Part shown: piece after piece, positions 29,302-39,760 of the stretch | Position numbering within the stretch: position 1 is the first letter of the stretch | Layout: the number at the start of each line of letters is the position of its first letter | Source: a virus | Taxonomy: Duplodnaviria; Caudoviricetes | Reading direction: 5' to 3' (one strand) | Virus record (IMG/VR): IMGVR_UViG_3300042453_005928 | Location: 1-59,374 of that record | Length of the DNA stretch: 59,374 nucleotides | Notes under the pieces: generated by a model | What the model saw: only the letters and a program-made list of their open reading frames with translations | What the model was told of the DNA's origin: nothing | The model's database searches: none | Translations under genes and position numbers: made by a program

Positions 29302-31257
29302 ATGGATAATTTTAATTTTAAAAATGAAATATTTGGTACTAAATTTGAACTAAATAAAGATACACAAATAGTGTTTGTTGCTGATCTATTTGTAGATGAT
29401 TATGTTGGTGGAGCAGAACTAACATCAGAAGCATTGATTGAAGAATGTCCCCTGAAGCTTCAGAAGGTAAAATCACATGATGTTACAATGGAATTGCTGA
29501 AACAAGGGGTTGAGAAATTTTGGGTATTTGGAAACTTTTCTCTACTCAATCCACAATTAATCCCCAGCATAGTTGCAAATATCAAGTACTCGATACTTGA
29601 GTACGATTACAAATACTGTAGATATAGATCTCCAGAAAAACATTTAAGCACAACTGGTAAACAATGCGACTGCCATGAACAATTGAATGGAAAACTTATA
29701 AGTGCTTTTTATCACGGTTCAGAAGCTCTTTGGTGGATGTCTGAAAACCAAAAGCAGCATTATGAAAACCTATTCCCATTTTTATCAGAAAAGTCTAGTA
29801 TTGTTTTATCCAGCGTATTTAGTAAAAAAACTCTAGGTACAATAAAAGCACTTAGAGAAGGAATGAAAAATAGTGGTGAAGAAAGAAAAGGATGGATCGT
29901 ATTAGGGTCAGATTCTTGGGTAAAAGGATTTGATGATGCTAAAAAATGGTGCGAAGATAATAACAAAGAATATGAAGTACTCTGGAAAGTACCGTATGAT
30001 TCAACACTAGCTAAAATGGCTAGTTCAAAAGGCTTTGTATATCTTCCTAAAGGAATGGACACATGCCCTAGAATGGTAATAGAAGCAAAGCTTCTTGGTT
30101 GTGATTTACAGTTAAATGAAAATGTCCAGCACAAAAATGAGGAATGGTTTACTACTGAAAACCTAGAAGAGGTTGAAGAATATCTTTACGCAGCACCACA
30201 ACTGTTTTGGAATGGAATTAAGAATATAATGAATTATAGTCCAAAGATTAGCGGTTATACTCAGACGCGTAATTGCATTGAGCAAAACTATCCATGGGAA
30301 CAATCAATCAAATCACTACTTGGTTTTTGCGATGAAGTTGTGATTGTTGATGGTGGTTCTACTGATGGTACTTGGGAGAGGCTACAAGAGATTGCCAAGG
30401 TTGATCCTCGAGTAAAGCCATTCCAATTTGTTAGAGATTGGAATGACAAGAGATTTGCACTTTATAACGGTCAGCAAAAAGCAGAAGCACGAAAAAGGTG
30501 CACTGGAGATTTTTGTTGGCAGGTTGATATTGATGAGGTTGTTCATGAAGATGATTATCAGAAGGTCAAGGATCTTGTAAGAAAATTCCCTAAAAACATA
30601 GATCTAGTTTGCCTACCAGTAATTGAATATTGGGGTGGACCAGAGAAGGTTAGGGTTGATGTCAATCCATGGAAATGGAGGCTAAGCAGGAATAATCCAA
30701 AGATTACTCATGGTCTGCCGAAGAGTCACAGAAGGTATGATGAAGAAGGCACCATGTATTCTGCTGGTTCTGATGGAGATGATTACATTTACGAAGATAC
30801 ATTAGAAAACGTTCCTAGCATTTCTTTTTACACAAAAGAAATTGATAACGCAAGACAACATGCAATGGTTGGTAATAAAAAAGCATTAGAGGTTTATGAA
30901 GCCTGGCTCAATGAGGTTGTGAAACAATTACCCGGTGTGTATCATTATTCTTGGTATGATCTTGAAAGAAAAATTCACACTTATAAGGGGTTCTGGTCAC
31001 GACATTGGACTAGTCTTTACAATCAAACTCAAGAAGATACACCTGAAAACAATAAGTTTTTTGATAAGAAGTGGTCTGATGTTACCGACCAAGAGATAAA
31101 AGAGCTTGCAACAAAGATGAAAGAAGAGCTTGGAGGTTGGATATTCCATCATAGGATAGACTTCACAAAGCCAACTCCATGGCTTAACATCAGTAAACAA
31201 CAACCTGCTGTGATGACATCTTTAGAACCACTTTTCCAAACAGAGAATAACAAGTGA
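29302..31257 (+). CDS. Two-domain glycosyltransferase (GT-B/GT4-like N-terminus fused to GT2)
   Basis: The N half has GGAE and DTCPRMVIEAKLLGC (variant of the E-x7-E motif). The C half has the GT-A motifs EVVIVDGGSTDGT and VDIDE. Confidence 0.8.
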   Translation: MDNFNFKNEIFGTKFELNKDTQIVFVADLFVDDYVGGAELTSEALIEECPLKLQKVKSHDVTMELLKQGVEKFWVFGNFSLLNPQLIPSIVANIKYSILEYDYKYCRYRSPEKHLSTTGKQCDCHEQLNGKLISAFYHGSEALWWMSENQKQHYENLFPFLSEKSSIVLSSVFSKKTLGTIKALREGMKNSGEERKGWIVLGSDSWVKGFDDAKKWCEDNNKEYEVLWKVPYDSTLAKMASSKGFVYLPKGMDTCPRMVIEAKLLGCDLQLNENVQHKNEEWFTTENLEEVEEYLYAAPQLFWNGIKNIMNYSPKISGYTQTRNCIEQNYPWEQSIKSLLGFCDEVVIVDGGSTDGTWERLQEIAKVDPRVKPFQFVRDWNDKRFALYNGQQKAEARKRCTGDFCWQVDIDEVVHEDDYQKVKDLVRKFPKNIDLVCLPVIEYWGGPEKVRVDVNPWKWRLSRNNPKITHGLPKSHRRYDEEGTMYSAGSDGDDYIYEDTLENVPSISFYTKEIDNARQHAMVGNKKALEVYEAWLNEVVKQLPGVYHYSWYDLERKIHTYKGFWSRHWTSLYNQTQEDTPENNKFFDKKWSDVTDQEIKELATKMKEELGGWIFHHRIDFTKPTPWLNISKQQPAVMTSLEPLFQTENNK

Positions 31258-31991
31258 AAAATAGATTTGTCTTTGTAATTCCTTATTACAACGCTGAAGA
31301 AGACATAGCAAAAACCCTCCATTCAATGATGGCACAAAGCTATGATGAATGGAGGGCTATTGTTATCAATGATATGTCAACAGACTCAGGTCCTAATCTT
31401 GTAAAAAAGGTTGTTGAAGGCTCAATTTATAAGGACAAATTTACGTTAGTTGATAGAAATGAAAAACATGGTGAAGTAAGAAACACACTTGTTTCCCTGG
31501 ATTCTATTGAAGATGATGAAGTTGTATGTAGGTTAGACGGAGGAGATTGGCTAATTGAAAATGACTTGTTGTGGATGTTAAATGAAACCTACAAAGATCC
31601 TTCACAGGCAGTTGCATGGACTGCTCATCGTTGGAGTTATACACCAAGAAATATTTCTGGCCCTCTAAAGTTACTTCCAGGTCAAACCGTATATCAACAT
31701 CCGTGGGTATCAAGTCACTTAAAAACATTTAGAGCATCACATCTTAGAAAAGTTCCTAAAGTAAACTTTTTTACCGATGAAGGTCAGTACATAATGATTG
31801 CTTGCGATCAAGCAATATTTCTTCCAATGATGCACTTATCTTTAAAGGAAAATAAAAAACTAAACTTTATACCCATTGTAGGTTATCATTACAATATAGA
31901 TCTTGGAAATAAAAATCTATTCACATCCAACAGGGCAATAAATCAAAAAATGTCAGCTGAAATGATACGTGAAAGAGGGTTCCTTGAATGA
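31254..31991 (+). CDS. Glycosyltransferase family 2
   Basis: VIPYYNAE, INDMSTDS, and RLDGGDW (DxD-region variant). Confidence 0.85.
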   Translation: MKNRFVFVIPYYNAEEDIAKTLHSMMAQSYDEWRAIVINDMSTDSGPNLVKKVVEGSIYKDKFTLVDRNEKHGEVRNTLVSLDSIEDDEVVCRLDGGDWLIENDLLWMLNETYKDPSQAVAWTAHRWSYTPRNISGPLKLLPGQTVYQHPWVSSHLKTFRASHLRKVPKVNFFTDEGQYIMIACDQAIFLPMMHLSLKENKKLNFIPIVGYHYNIDLGNKNLFTSNRAINQKMSAEMIRERGFLE

Positions 31992-32878
31992 AAATTTTAT
32001 TTGATAATGTTAACATAAGTTCATCATCAGGACCAAACTCATTTGGTAAAAGATTGATGAACGAATTATCAAAATTGGGACACAGTGTAGGAACAAATTT
32101 AATTGAACCAGATGTTCAGCTTTCATTTATTATTGCAAATCAAAAAAGATCAAAACTTGCATTAAGATTGGATGGAATATATTTCAACACAAGGCAAGAT
32201 TGGAAAAGCTTAAATTCACCGATCATGCAATCAAAAAATATTTCAGAACTTGTGATTTATCAATCAAATTTCAATAAACTTCTAACAGAAAAATATTTCG
32301 GAAAACACGAAAATTCAGTTGTAATAAATAATGGTACTTGTCTAAAAACAATTGAATCAATACCAACACTGTCAAATAATAATTTAAATAAATACAGCGA
32401 GATATGGTCATGTGCTTCATCATGGCGTCCTCATAAAAGGTTGAAGGATAACATCCATTATTTTTTAGAAAAAGCGCCAAGTGATGCATGTATGATTGTA
32501 GCAGGAGAAAATCCAGATTACGTTATTCAATATCCAAGAGTTCACTATGTTGGTCAATTATCTTGGGAGCAATGTGTCTCTTTATATAAAAGATCAAAAG
32601 TATTTGTTCATTTAGCTTTTTTAGATCATTGTCCAAATGTTGTAGTAGACGCAAGAGCTTCAGGATGCAAGTTGGTTGTTGCATCTAGTGGAGGTACTAA
32701 AGAAATTGCCGGTATTGAAGCAACTATTGTTGATGATATTGAATGGGACATGAATCCATTAGATCTATACTCACCTCCAAAACTTGATTTTACAAAATTC
32801 TGCAATAACACAATAGATTCAAACATAAACATAAGTGTTATTGCAAAACAGTATGCAGAAAGTCTAGTAAATTTATGA
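31988..32878 (+). CDS. Glycosyltransferase family 4 (GT-B)
   Basis: SGP..F, QS.F, VINNG, W R.HKRL, and DHCPNVVVDARASG...SGGTKE. Confidence 0.8.
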   Translation: MKILFDNVNISSSSGPNSFGKRLMNELSKLGHSVGTNLIEPDVQLSFIIANQKRSKLALRLDGIYFNTRQDWKSLNSPIMQSKNISELVIYQSNFNKLLTEKYFGKHENSVVINNGTCLKTIESIPTLSNNNLNKYSEIWSCASSWRPHKRLKDNIHYFLEKAPSDACMIVAGENPDYVIQYPRVHYVGQLSWEQCVSLYKRSKVFVHLAFLDHCPNVVVDARASGCKLVVASSGGTKEIAGIEATIVDDIEWDMNPLDLYSPPKLDFTKFCNNTIDSNINISVIAKQYAESLVNL

Positions 32879-33597
32879 AAGGAATTATTCTGGCGGGAGG
32901 AACAGGAAGTAGACTTTATCCTATCACAAAAGTCACTAACAAGTGCCTTCTTCCCGTTGGAAAAGAACCTATGATTTTTAGAATGCTTGACATCTTTAAA
33001 AGATCAAATATAGAAGATGTTATGCTAGTCACAGGTCCTGAACACATGGGTGATGTTATTTCTTTATTAGGCTCAGGTGCAGAACATAGTTGTTCAATAA
33101 CATATCGTGTTCAAGATGAAGCAAATGGCATTGCTGCAGCATTAAAAATGTGTTCATCTTTTGCTAAAGGTGAAAAGTTTGCTGTTATTCTTGGTGATAA
33201 CATATTTTCTGACAATGATGAGATTGCAAAGCAAATAAAACTATTTGATATGATTCTTGAAGATTATCGTTTATTTGCAAAATCTGTTAAAGATCCTCAA
33301 AGATTTGGTGTACCTGTATTATCACCCGAAGGAAAAGTCATAGACATCATAGAAAAACCAGTTATTCCACCTTGTGACAAAGCAATAGTTGGTCTTTATT
33401 GTTACACTGATGAAGTATTTGATGTGATTGACACTTTACAACCATCTCAAAGAGGTGAATATGAAATCAGCGAATTGAATTCATGGCTTGTAAGGAATAG
33501 ACACGGATCATTAGTGGATATTAACTGCGAATGGATTGATGCAGGTACACACGATTCTTACAAAAAAGCCAATGAAATAATTTGGGGTTGTCAATGA
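32875..33597 (+). CDS. rmlA: Glucose-1-phosphate thymidylyltransferase (RmlA, short form)
   Basis: KGIILAGGTGSRLYPIT...NK.LLPV, LGDNIF, EKP, RGEYEI and WIDAGT. Confidence 0.92.
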   Translation: MKGIILAGGTGSRLYPITKVTNKCLLPVGKEPMIFRMLDIFKRSNIEDVMLVTGPEHMGDVISLLGSGAEHSCSITYRVQDEANGIAAALKMCSSFAKGEKFAVILGDNIFSDNDEIAKQIKLFDMILEDYRLFAKSVKDPQRFGVPVLSPEGKVIDIIEKPVIPPCDKAIVGLYCYTDEVFDVIDTLQPSQRGEYEISELNSWLVRNRHGSLVDINCEWIDAGTHDSYKKANEIIWGCQ

Positions 33598-34421
33598 AAG
33601 TCATAATCGGCAATGGAAAAGTAGCAAACATCATAAAAGATAAAAATGATGTTATCCTATCTCACAAAGATGTAGAGATAGCTAACCCTGAATCTGTTCT
33701 CTCTTCATTACAAAAATTCCCACCAAATACGCTGGTAGTAAACACAGCGGCAAAAATAAATCTAGAATGGTGTGAATCAAATAAAAACGAAGCAGAACTT
33801 GTAAATGTTTATGGTGCACTAAACATAGCCCACGCTTGTCAAACATTCAACCATCGTATGCTTCATATAAGTAGTGGTTGTATTTTTGATGGTGAAGAAA
33901 CAGGTAAAGTATATACTGAACAAGATAAGCCTAGTCCTGCTTCATGGTATGCATACACAAAAAGCAAAGCTGATCAACTTCTCACTTCGTGTGGTTACGA
34001 TAAAATTCTAATTGTTAGGCCTAGACAACTTATTTCTCCGGTTCCAAATACAACAAATATGTTGACCAAATTCATGTCAATTGAAGTAGGTGATTTTATA
34101 GATTCTCCCAACTCAATCACCTGCATTGAAGATATGAAAGAAATGATTGATCACCTTATTTCAAAAAGCTGTGTAGGAATATACAACGTAGCTAATACTG
34201 GTTACATCAGTCCGTATGACATAGCCGTTAGAATAAGGGAAGAATTCAATCATCAAATGGTTGTTAATTGTATTTCATACTTTGATTACATTAAAAAAAT
34301 AAAAGTAAAAAGAGTAAATACACTTTTGTCTATTGATAAATTGATGTCATCTGGTTATACACCTAGATCTGCAACAACAGCTTTAGAATGGTGTCTAAAC
34401 AATTATGGAAAAATAAAATGA
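33594..34421 (+). CDS. NDP-4-keto-6-deoxyglucose reductase, probably bifunctional 3,5-epimerase/4-reductase (RmlD/NRS-ER-like)
   Basis: N.EWCES.K, VNV.G, ISSGCIFDG, Y..TK, PNSIT and GIYNVANTG; ATG at 33594. Confidence 0.75.
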   Translation: MKVIIGNGKVANIIKDKNDVILSHKDVEIANPESVLSSLQKFPPNTLVVNTAAKINLEWCESNKNEAELVNVYGALNIAHACQTFNHRMLHISSGCIFDGEETGKVYTEQDKPSPASWYAYTKSKADQLLTSCGYDKILIVRPRQLISPVPNTTNMLTKFMSIEVGDFIDSPNSITCIEDMKEMIDHLISKSCVGIYNVANTGYISPYDIAVRIREEFNHQMVVNCISYFDYIKKIKVKRVNTLLSIDKLMSSGYTPRSATTALEWCLNNYGKIK

Positions 34422-35341
34422 AGGTTATCATTACAGGTGGTGCAGGATTTATTGGAGGTCATGCCGTTCAACATTTCGTTGAAGAGGGAGATGATGTACT
34501 CAATATAGACAAACTTACATATGCATCTAAAATAGAAAACACACAAATTTCTAAATTTGTGAATCTAGATATTTGTGAAACTGACAAACTTTGTAAAATA
34601 ATGAAAGAATTTTCTCCTGATGTTTTGATAAATTTTGCAGCAGAAACTCATGTTGATAATTCTATAAACTCATCAAAAGAATTTGTGAAATCAAATTTAG
34701 AAGGTGCAACTTCAGTGATGGATTCTTGTGTAAAGAATAATGTAAAATTATGTCACATATCTACTGATGAAGTATATGGGCCAGCTTTTGATAGACCATT
34801 CACTGAAAGCGACATTTTATGTCCAATGAATCCTTATTCTGCTACAAAAGCAGCAGCAGATATGATGTTACCTGCATACAAAAATACTCATAATCTAAAT
34901 TACATAGTTGTTAGACCCTCCAACAATTATGGACCAAATCAACATCAAGAAAAATTTATTCCTAAGTTAATAAATTGCATTAATAAAAAAACGCAATTTC
35001 CGTTGTATGGTGTAGGAGACCAAGAAAGAGAGTGGACATTTGTAAAAGATACAACTCGTATTATTAGAAGATTAGTAAATGCAAAAAATATTGCATGGAA
35101 CGAAGGTTCAGTCTACAACCTTAGTTCAGGAATCACATATAAAAATATAGATGTTGCAAAAATTGTAATTGATTCATACAACAAAAAACATAATTGCAAA
35201 CTTAGGTTAGAAGATATTATAAAATTTTCTGTTGATAGACCAGGTCATGATAAGAAATACTGGATATCTTCAAAAAAATTGTCAAATGTTGTGAATTATA
35301 ATTACACATCTTTTCATTCCGGCGTTTCAGAGATAGTTTAA
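34418..35341 (+). CDS. rmlB: dTDP-glucose 4,6-dehydratase (RmlB)
   Basis: ITGGAGFIG, DKLTYA, FAAETHVDNSI, ISTDEVYG, NPYSATKAA, NNYGP.Q..EKFIP and DRPGHD; ATG at 34418. Confidence 0.93.
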   Translation: MKVIITGGAGFIGGHAVQHFVEEGDDVLNIDKLTYASKIENTQISKFVNLDICETDKLCKIMKEFSPDVLINFAAETHVDNSINSSKEFVKSNLEGATSVMDSCVKNNVKLCHISTDEVYGPAFDRPFTESDILCPMNPYSATKAAADMMLPAYKNTHNLNYIVVRPSNNYGPNQHQEKFIPKLINCINKKTQFPLYGVGDQEREWTFVKDTTRIIRRLVNAKNIAWNEGSVYNLSSGITYKNIDVAKIVIDSYNKKHNCKLRLEDIIKFSVDRPGHDKKYWISSKKLSNVVNYNYTSFHSGVSEIV

Positions 35342-35342
35342 A

Positions 35343-35699
35343 ATGAAAAATATACACGAATCAATAAGCAAACTTATCGTAAAAAAACTTGAAAAGTACA
35401 AATCTCAAAATTTGAACAAGGAAACTTGTGTAAAAATATATCAAGATATGTTTGAAATAACTTTGAGCTTATTTCAAGAATCAAAAATAAAGATTAGCAA
35501 TGAAGCAGTGAATCTAATTTGCCAAATGTATTATGATTCAATTACCATAAACAACAATCAAGAATTAGATCCAAATATTTTTTCTCAAAGGTCAAGTGTA
35601 AAGAATATCGAAACAAAAGAGCTTGCAATGTTGGCTAGCTTTTTTACAAATACACCATTTGCAGAACCTATTATTTTTGAAATAAAAAGAAGATCATGA
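35343..35699 (+). CDS. Hypothetical protein
   Basis: 118 aa ORF tightly packed in the glycan operon; no motif recognised. Confidence 0.55.
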   Translation: MKNIHESISKLIVKKLEKYKSQNLNKETCVKIYQDMFEITLSLFQESKIKISNEAVNLICQMYYDSITINNNQELDPNIFSQRSSVKNIETKELAMLASFFTNTPFAEPIIFEIKRRS

Positions 35700-36595
35700 A
35701 AGTATATGTACATCCTGCGAAAGAAGATTGGATAGTTGATAGATTTGTAAATGAATGGAATGAAGATAATAAAGACATAACAACAACCAATCCTTTTGAA
35801 TCTGATATAATATGGTTACTTGCCAGTTGGTGTTGGTTTGACATAGCAAAATTTGAAAGCCTAAGAAGTAAAAAAATATTAACTACAATTCATCACATAG
35901 CACCTGAAAAGTTTGATGAATCTTCAATAAAAAATTTTTTGCTACGAGATAAAATTACAACTGCTTATCATGTTTATAATGAAACAACTTTTTCATTTAT
36001 TTCAAAATTTACAAAAAAACCAATACATTTAATTGAGTATTGGGCAAACCAAAAAATTTGGAAAAAAACAGGCGATAAATATTTTTTTAGAAAAAAATAT
36101 CAATTGCCACATAACGGTTATTTAATTGGAACTTTTCAACGAGATACTGAAGGAAAAGATTTAGTTAGTCCTAAATTAGAAAAAGGACCAGATCTTTTTT
36201 GTGATGCAATTGAAAAATGGTGGAACAACAATAAAAATATACATGTTGTTTTAGCAGGTTGGAGAAGACAATATGTTATTTCTAGATTATCTTCTGCAGG
36301 AATACCATTTACATATTTTGAAAAACCAAGCCAAGAAGTATTAAATGAATTGTATCAAACTTTAGATTTATATCCAGTAACATCACGTTGTGAAGGTGGT
36401 CCACAAGCGTTAATTGAATGCGGTTTACTAAACGTTCCTGTTGTATCTAGGGATGTTGGTGTTGCTAGACAAGTACTTAAAGAATCATCTATATCTAGCG
36501 ATGTAACGTTAGCTAAACCTGATATTCCTCTAGTTGAAAATTTGAAATTACCTAAAGGTTATTCGTTATACAGAGATATATTTTTTAGATTATAA
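35696..36595 (+). CDS. Glycosyltransferase family 4 (GT-B)
   Basis: FQRD...KLEKGPD and LY..LDLY.VTSRCEGGPQALIECG...PVVSRDVG (E-x7-E). Confidence 0.85.
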   Translation: MKVYVHPAKEDWIVDRFVNEWNEDNKDITTTNPFESDIIWLLASWCWFDIAKFESLRSKKILTTIHHIAPEKFDESSIKNFLLRDKITTAYHVYNETTFSFISKFTKKPIHLIEYWANQKIWKKTGDKYFFRKKYQLPHNGYLIGTFQRDTEGKDLVSPKLEKGPDLFCDAIEKWWNNNKNIHVVLAGWRRQYVISRLSSAGIPFTYFEKPSQEVLNELYQTLDLYPVTSRCEGGPQALIECGLLNVPVVSRDVGVARQVLKESSISSDVTLAKPDIPLVENLKLPKGYSLYRDIFFRL

Positions 36596-36604
36596 TCATA
36601 TCCA

Positions 36605-37513
36605 ATGATTACAATTGGAATTATCTCATTCAATAGAAAAAAATATCTCGATGCCCTCATAAAGTCTATCAAATGTCTAGATAGAAATATCTTCAATGTC
36701 ATAGTAGTTGATAACGGTTCTTGGGAAGCTGGGCTTACTGATAATTTAAAAAATTTTGAGCAAAGCAAAGATATTAGTAAGTTAATCTTACGCCCAACTT
36801 CTGAAAGAAATTGGATAAATGACGAATACATAGCAAAAAACATTATTATCGAAGAATCAAAAGATGATTTGATTGTTTTTCTACAGGACGATCTTCAATT
36901 TATTGCAGATCAAAACTATCTTCAAAAACTTTGTGAAGATTTCGAAAGAACAAATTTTCAATGCCTAGAGTTCAACGGCATTAGAAGACTTACCAATAGA
37001 AATAAATTTTCTTCGGGAAGATTTGCTTTATCCCCAAATGAACTAAAATATTGGGTGTCTGATAAACCTCATTTTCAAACAATGGGTGTGTTTAGAAGAA
37101 AAACATTTCAGGAGTTAGGTCCGTATCCTACTAATTGGCCAAAAGATAGACAATACTGGGGACGATCAGAAGACTATTATGATGTTTTGGTCAAAAAACA
37201 CTATAGTTTAATTAACATTTCTTGTCATTTTCCTGCTTTTCTTGGTGTATGGAACGACCCTAGGGGTGGATATTCATTTATCAGAAATGACTTAAGATAT
37301 GCATTATACGAAGAGCCAACGGATTCAACTGGTTTGTACTATGCTCAACACACTTTTGAGCATATAAAATCATTGCAAAATACTAATTTACCATTATCTT
37401 ATATGGACGTTGCAGTTCCACTTGGGTGGAAAGTTGCAGTATCTGCAGATGGTGATCAGGCAAAATATGTACAAAATGATATTGTTTTGTCAGAAAAAGG
37501 CAAAGTAATATGA
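36605..37513 (+). CDS. Glycosyltransferase family 2 (GT-A)
   Basis: IISFNR, VIVVDNGS, FLQDD, F..LGPY and SED. Confidence 0.8.
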   Translation: MITIGIISFNRKKYLDALIKSIKCLDRNIFNVIVVDNGSWEAGLTDNLKNFEQSKDISKLILRPTSERNWINDEYIAKNIIIEESKDDLIVFLQDDLQFIADQNYLQKLCEDFERTNFQCLEFNGIRRLTNRNKFSSGRFALSPNELKYWVSDKPHFQTMGVFRRKTFQELGPYPTNWPKDRQYWGRSEDYYDVLVKKHYSLINISCHFPAFLGVWNDPRGGYSFIRNDLRYALYEEPTDSTGLYYAQHTFEHIKSLQNTNLPLSYMDVAVPLGWKVAVSADGDQAKYVQNDIVLSEKGKVI

Positions 37514-38424
37514 AATTCTATTTCAATAGAAAACCTATTAGTGGACCATGGGGAGGAGGTTCAAAAGTTCTTTCTTCTATAATTGAAGAGTGTTTATCAA
37601 GAAATCATGATATATTTTTTGATGAAGATATAAGAAAAAATATAGGATTTGATATACTTTTTTGCATGGATCCTCGTCCAACATCTTCAGTGACTTATGT
37701 TGATTTGATCAATCACAAAAAAAGTTACAATTCAAAAATTGTTCAAAGAATTGGTGATCTAGGAACACATGGAAAGCCTGAACTTTTAGACATAGTAAAA
37801 AAAACTTCTGAAATATCAGACTTTTTGATATTTCCAAGTGAATGGGCAAAAAATTATTTGCTATCAAAAAACAAAAATGTAATTGTAATTGAAAATGCAC
37901 CACTTTCACAATTCAATATACAAAAAGATCCTAACAAGTCATATGACGGCAAGATAACAATTGTTAGTCACCATTGGTCAGACAATCATAACAAGGGTTT
38001 TGATATATATAAAAAATTAGATGATTATTGTAGATCTTCAGATAAATTTGAATTTATCTACATAGGTAGAAAACCAAACAATATAACATTTAAGAACGAG
38101 CTTCCTCCACAAGGAGTAGAAGGGTTGGTTTCAGAATTACCAAAACATCATGTATATGTTACTGCTTCAAAACTAGAAGCTGGGGCGAATCACGTACTAG
38201 AAGCACTGGCATGTAACTTACCTGTTTTATATCACTCACACGGTGGAAGCATAAATGAGTATTGTAAAAATTATGGGATTGAATATCTTGATCCCCAAGA
38301 TCTGATACACAAATTAGAAAACTCTATTCAAACCGTTAAAACAATCTATTATTCTATGAACTATACTAGAAATTGTAACATTCTAGCAAAAGAATACGTT
38401 GATTTATTTGAAAGCCTGATATGA
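37510..38424 (+). CDS. Glycosyltransferase family 4 (GT-B)
   Basis: GPWGGG, HHWS...KGFD, and ASKLEAGANHVLEALACNLPVLY...GG. Confidence 0.85.
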   Translation: MKFYFNRKPISGPWGGGSKVLSSIIEECLSRNHDIFFDEDIRKNIGFDILFCMDPRPTSSVTYVDLINHKKSYNSKIVQRIGDLGTHGKPELLDIVKKTSEISDFLIFPSEWAKNYLLSKNKNVIVIENAPLSQFNIQKDPNKSYDGKITIVSHHWSDNHNKGFDIYKKLDDYCRSSDKFEFIYIGRKPNNITFKNELPPQGVEGLVSELPKHHVYVTASKLEAGANHVLEALACNLPVLYHSHGGSINEYCKNYGIEYLDPQDLIHKLENSIQTVKTIYYSMNYTRNCNILAKEYVDLFESLI

Positions 38425-39125
38425 AAGTAAACATAAGCATAGATGATGTTTCTCCTCATCCTTTGTCTTCAGTAAAAGTCTTAGATAGATGTTATGAGTT
38501 GATACAAGAATTCCCGGATATTAAATTTTCATTATTTATTCCAATTGCTTATTGGAGAACAACTAGACAAGATATTGCTACTAAATACCCACTTAGAATT
38601 GATGCATATCCAGAATTTTGTAAAGTTTTAGATAACTTACCAGAAAAAAATTTTGAATTGTGCTATCACGGACTTTTCCATGGAATACCTGGTAAAAGTG
38701 ATAATGATGAATTTCAAAACATACCTAAAGAAGAAGCAATTGAAAAATTTGTCACTATGTTTGAGATAACAAAAAAAGCAAATCTTATACATAAATTTAA
38801 ACCAATATTTAGACCTCCAGCCTGGAGGATGTCTCCCGGAGCGATAACGGCTGCAAAAGAAATTGGTATTAAAATTTTAGCATTATCACAAAAAGATTAT
38901 GCAAAAAAAACTTACGCTGGTGAAGAAAACAATTTTTCAAAAGTTGTTTACTATAATTACAATCCACCTTTTGATGATTTTACTTCAAATCATGATTATG
39001 CAGAAGTTGTTTATCACGCTTGTGAGTGGGATAAAAACTTTTTAAGTAAGCAAATGTCTAATCAACTTTCTTCATGGTTATACAAACAAAAAAATATTGA
39101 ATTTTGTTTTTTAAGCGAATTATAG
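38421..39125 (+). CDS. Polysaccharide deacetylase (NodB/CE4-like, DUF2334-type)
   Basis: ISIDDV, HGLFH, FRPPAW and a late His (YH). Confidence 0.8.
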   Translation: MKVNISIDDVSPHPLSSVKVLDRCYELIQEFPDIKFSLFIPIAYWRTTRQDIATKYPLRIDAYPEFCKVLDNLPEKNFELCYHGLFHGIPGKSDNDEFQNIPKEEAIEKFVTMFEITKKANLIHKFKPIFRPPAWRMSPGAITAAKEIGIKILALSQKDYAKKTYAGEENNFSKVVYYNYNPPFDDFTSNHDYAEVVYHACEWDKNFLSKQMSNQLSSWLYKQKNIEFCFLSEL

Positions 39126-39139
39126 AATAAATTTTATCA

Positions 39140-39760
39140 ATGGGAAAATCTGATCCTTACATATTTGCTGAATATGCAGGTATATTACCAAAGTTTGATT
39201 ATGAATCAATAGCATTTTTAGGACAACATGTGAACAATGAATTCAGTGATTTGTTCACATCAAAAGTGAAACACTTTTACGATCTACAATTAGGAAATTG
39301 GGAAATAAATAGCGATTGGTATCTACAACAAACATATGACCTAATCATATGTACCAGATGTGCATACTTTTCTAAAGACCCAGAAATATTCGTAAAAAAA
39401 ATAAAAGATCACCTGACTAAAGATGGAATTGCACTAATAGATTGGGGTCTTGGTGACCATTGGAGATTTGAGAATTATAAAGTTGGATGGGTAAGACAAG
39501 GTGAACATGAATTTGCATATAACCCAAACAACTTTCTTTATTCTTGCTATTGGAATGATAATCTTTTACTTGAAAAAGATGTTAAAGAATTTTGGAATGC
39601 AGTGAGAAAAAATCCCTCTTATGGATATGAAAATTGTGTTGATCTTGTTGCAATAATAAATTCTGAAATTCCAAAAATTATTACATATGATGCAAAAAAA
39701 ATTAAAACTAAATTTCTTTGGAAAGAATCACCTCAACTGTATATAATAACGGTTATTTGA
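39140..39760 (+). CDS. Putative class I SAM methyltransferase-like protein
   Basis: IAFLG, YDLIICTR...FSKDP..F......L..DG; motif I is degenerate. Confidence 0.5.
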   Translation: MGKSDPYIFAEYAGILPKFDYESIAFLGQHVNNEFSDLFTSKVKHFYDLQLGNWEINSDWYLQQTYDLIICTRCAYFSKDPEIFVKKIKDHLTKDGIALIDWGLGDHWRFENYKVGWVRQGEHEFAYNPNNFLYSCYWNDNLLLEKDVKEFWNAVRKNPSYGYENCVDLVAIINSEIPKIITYDAKKIKTKFLWKESPQLYIITVI

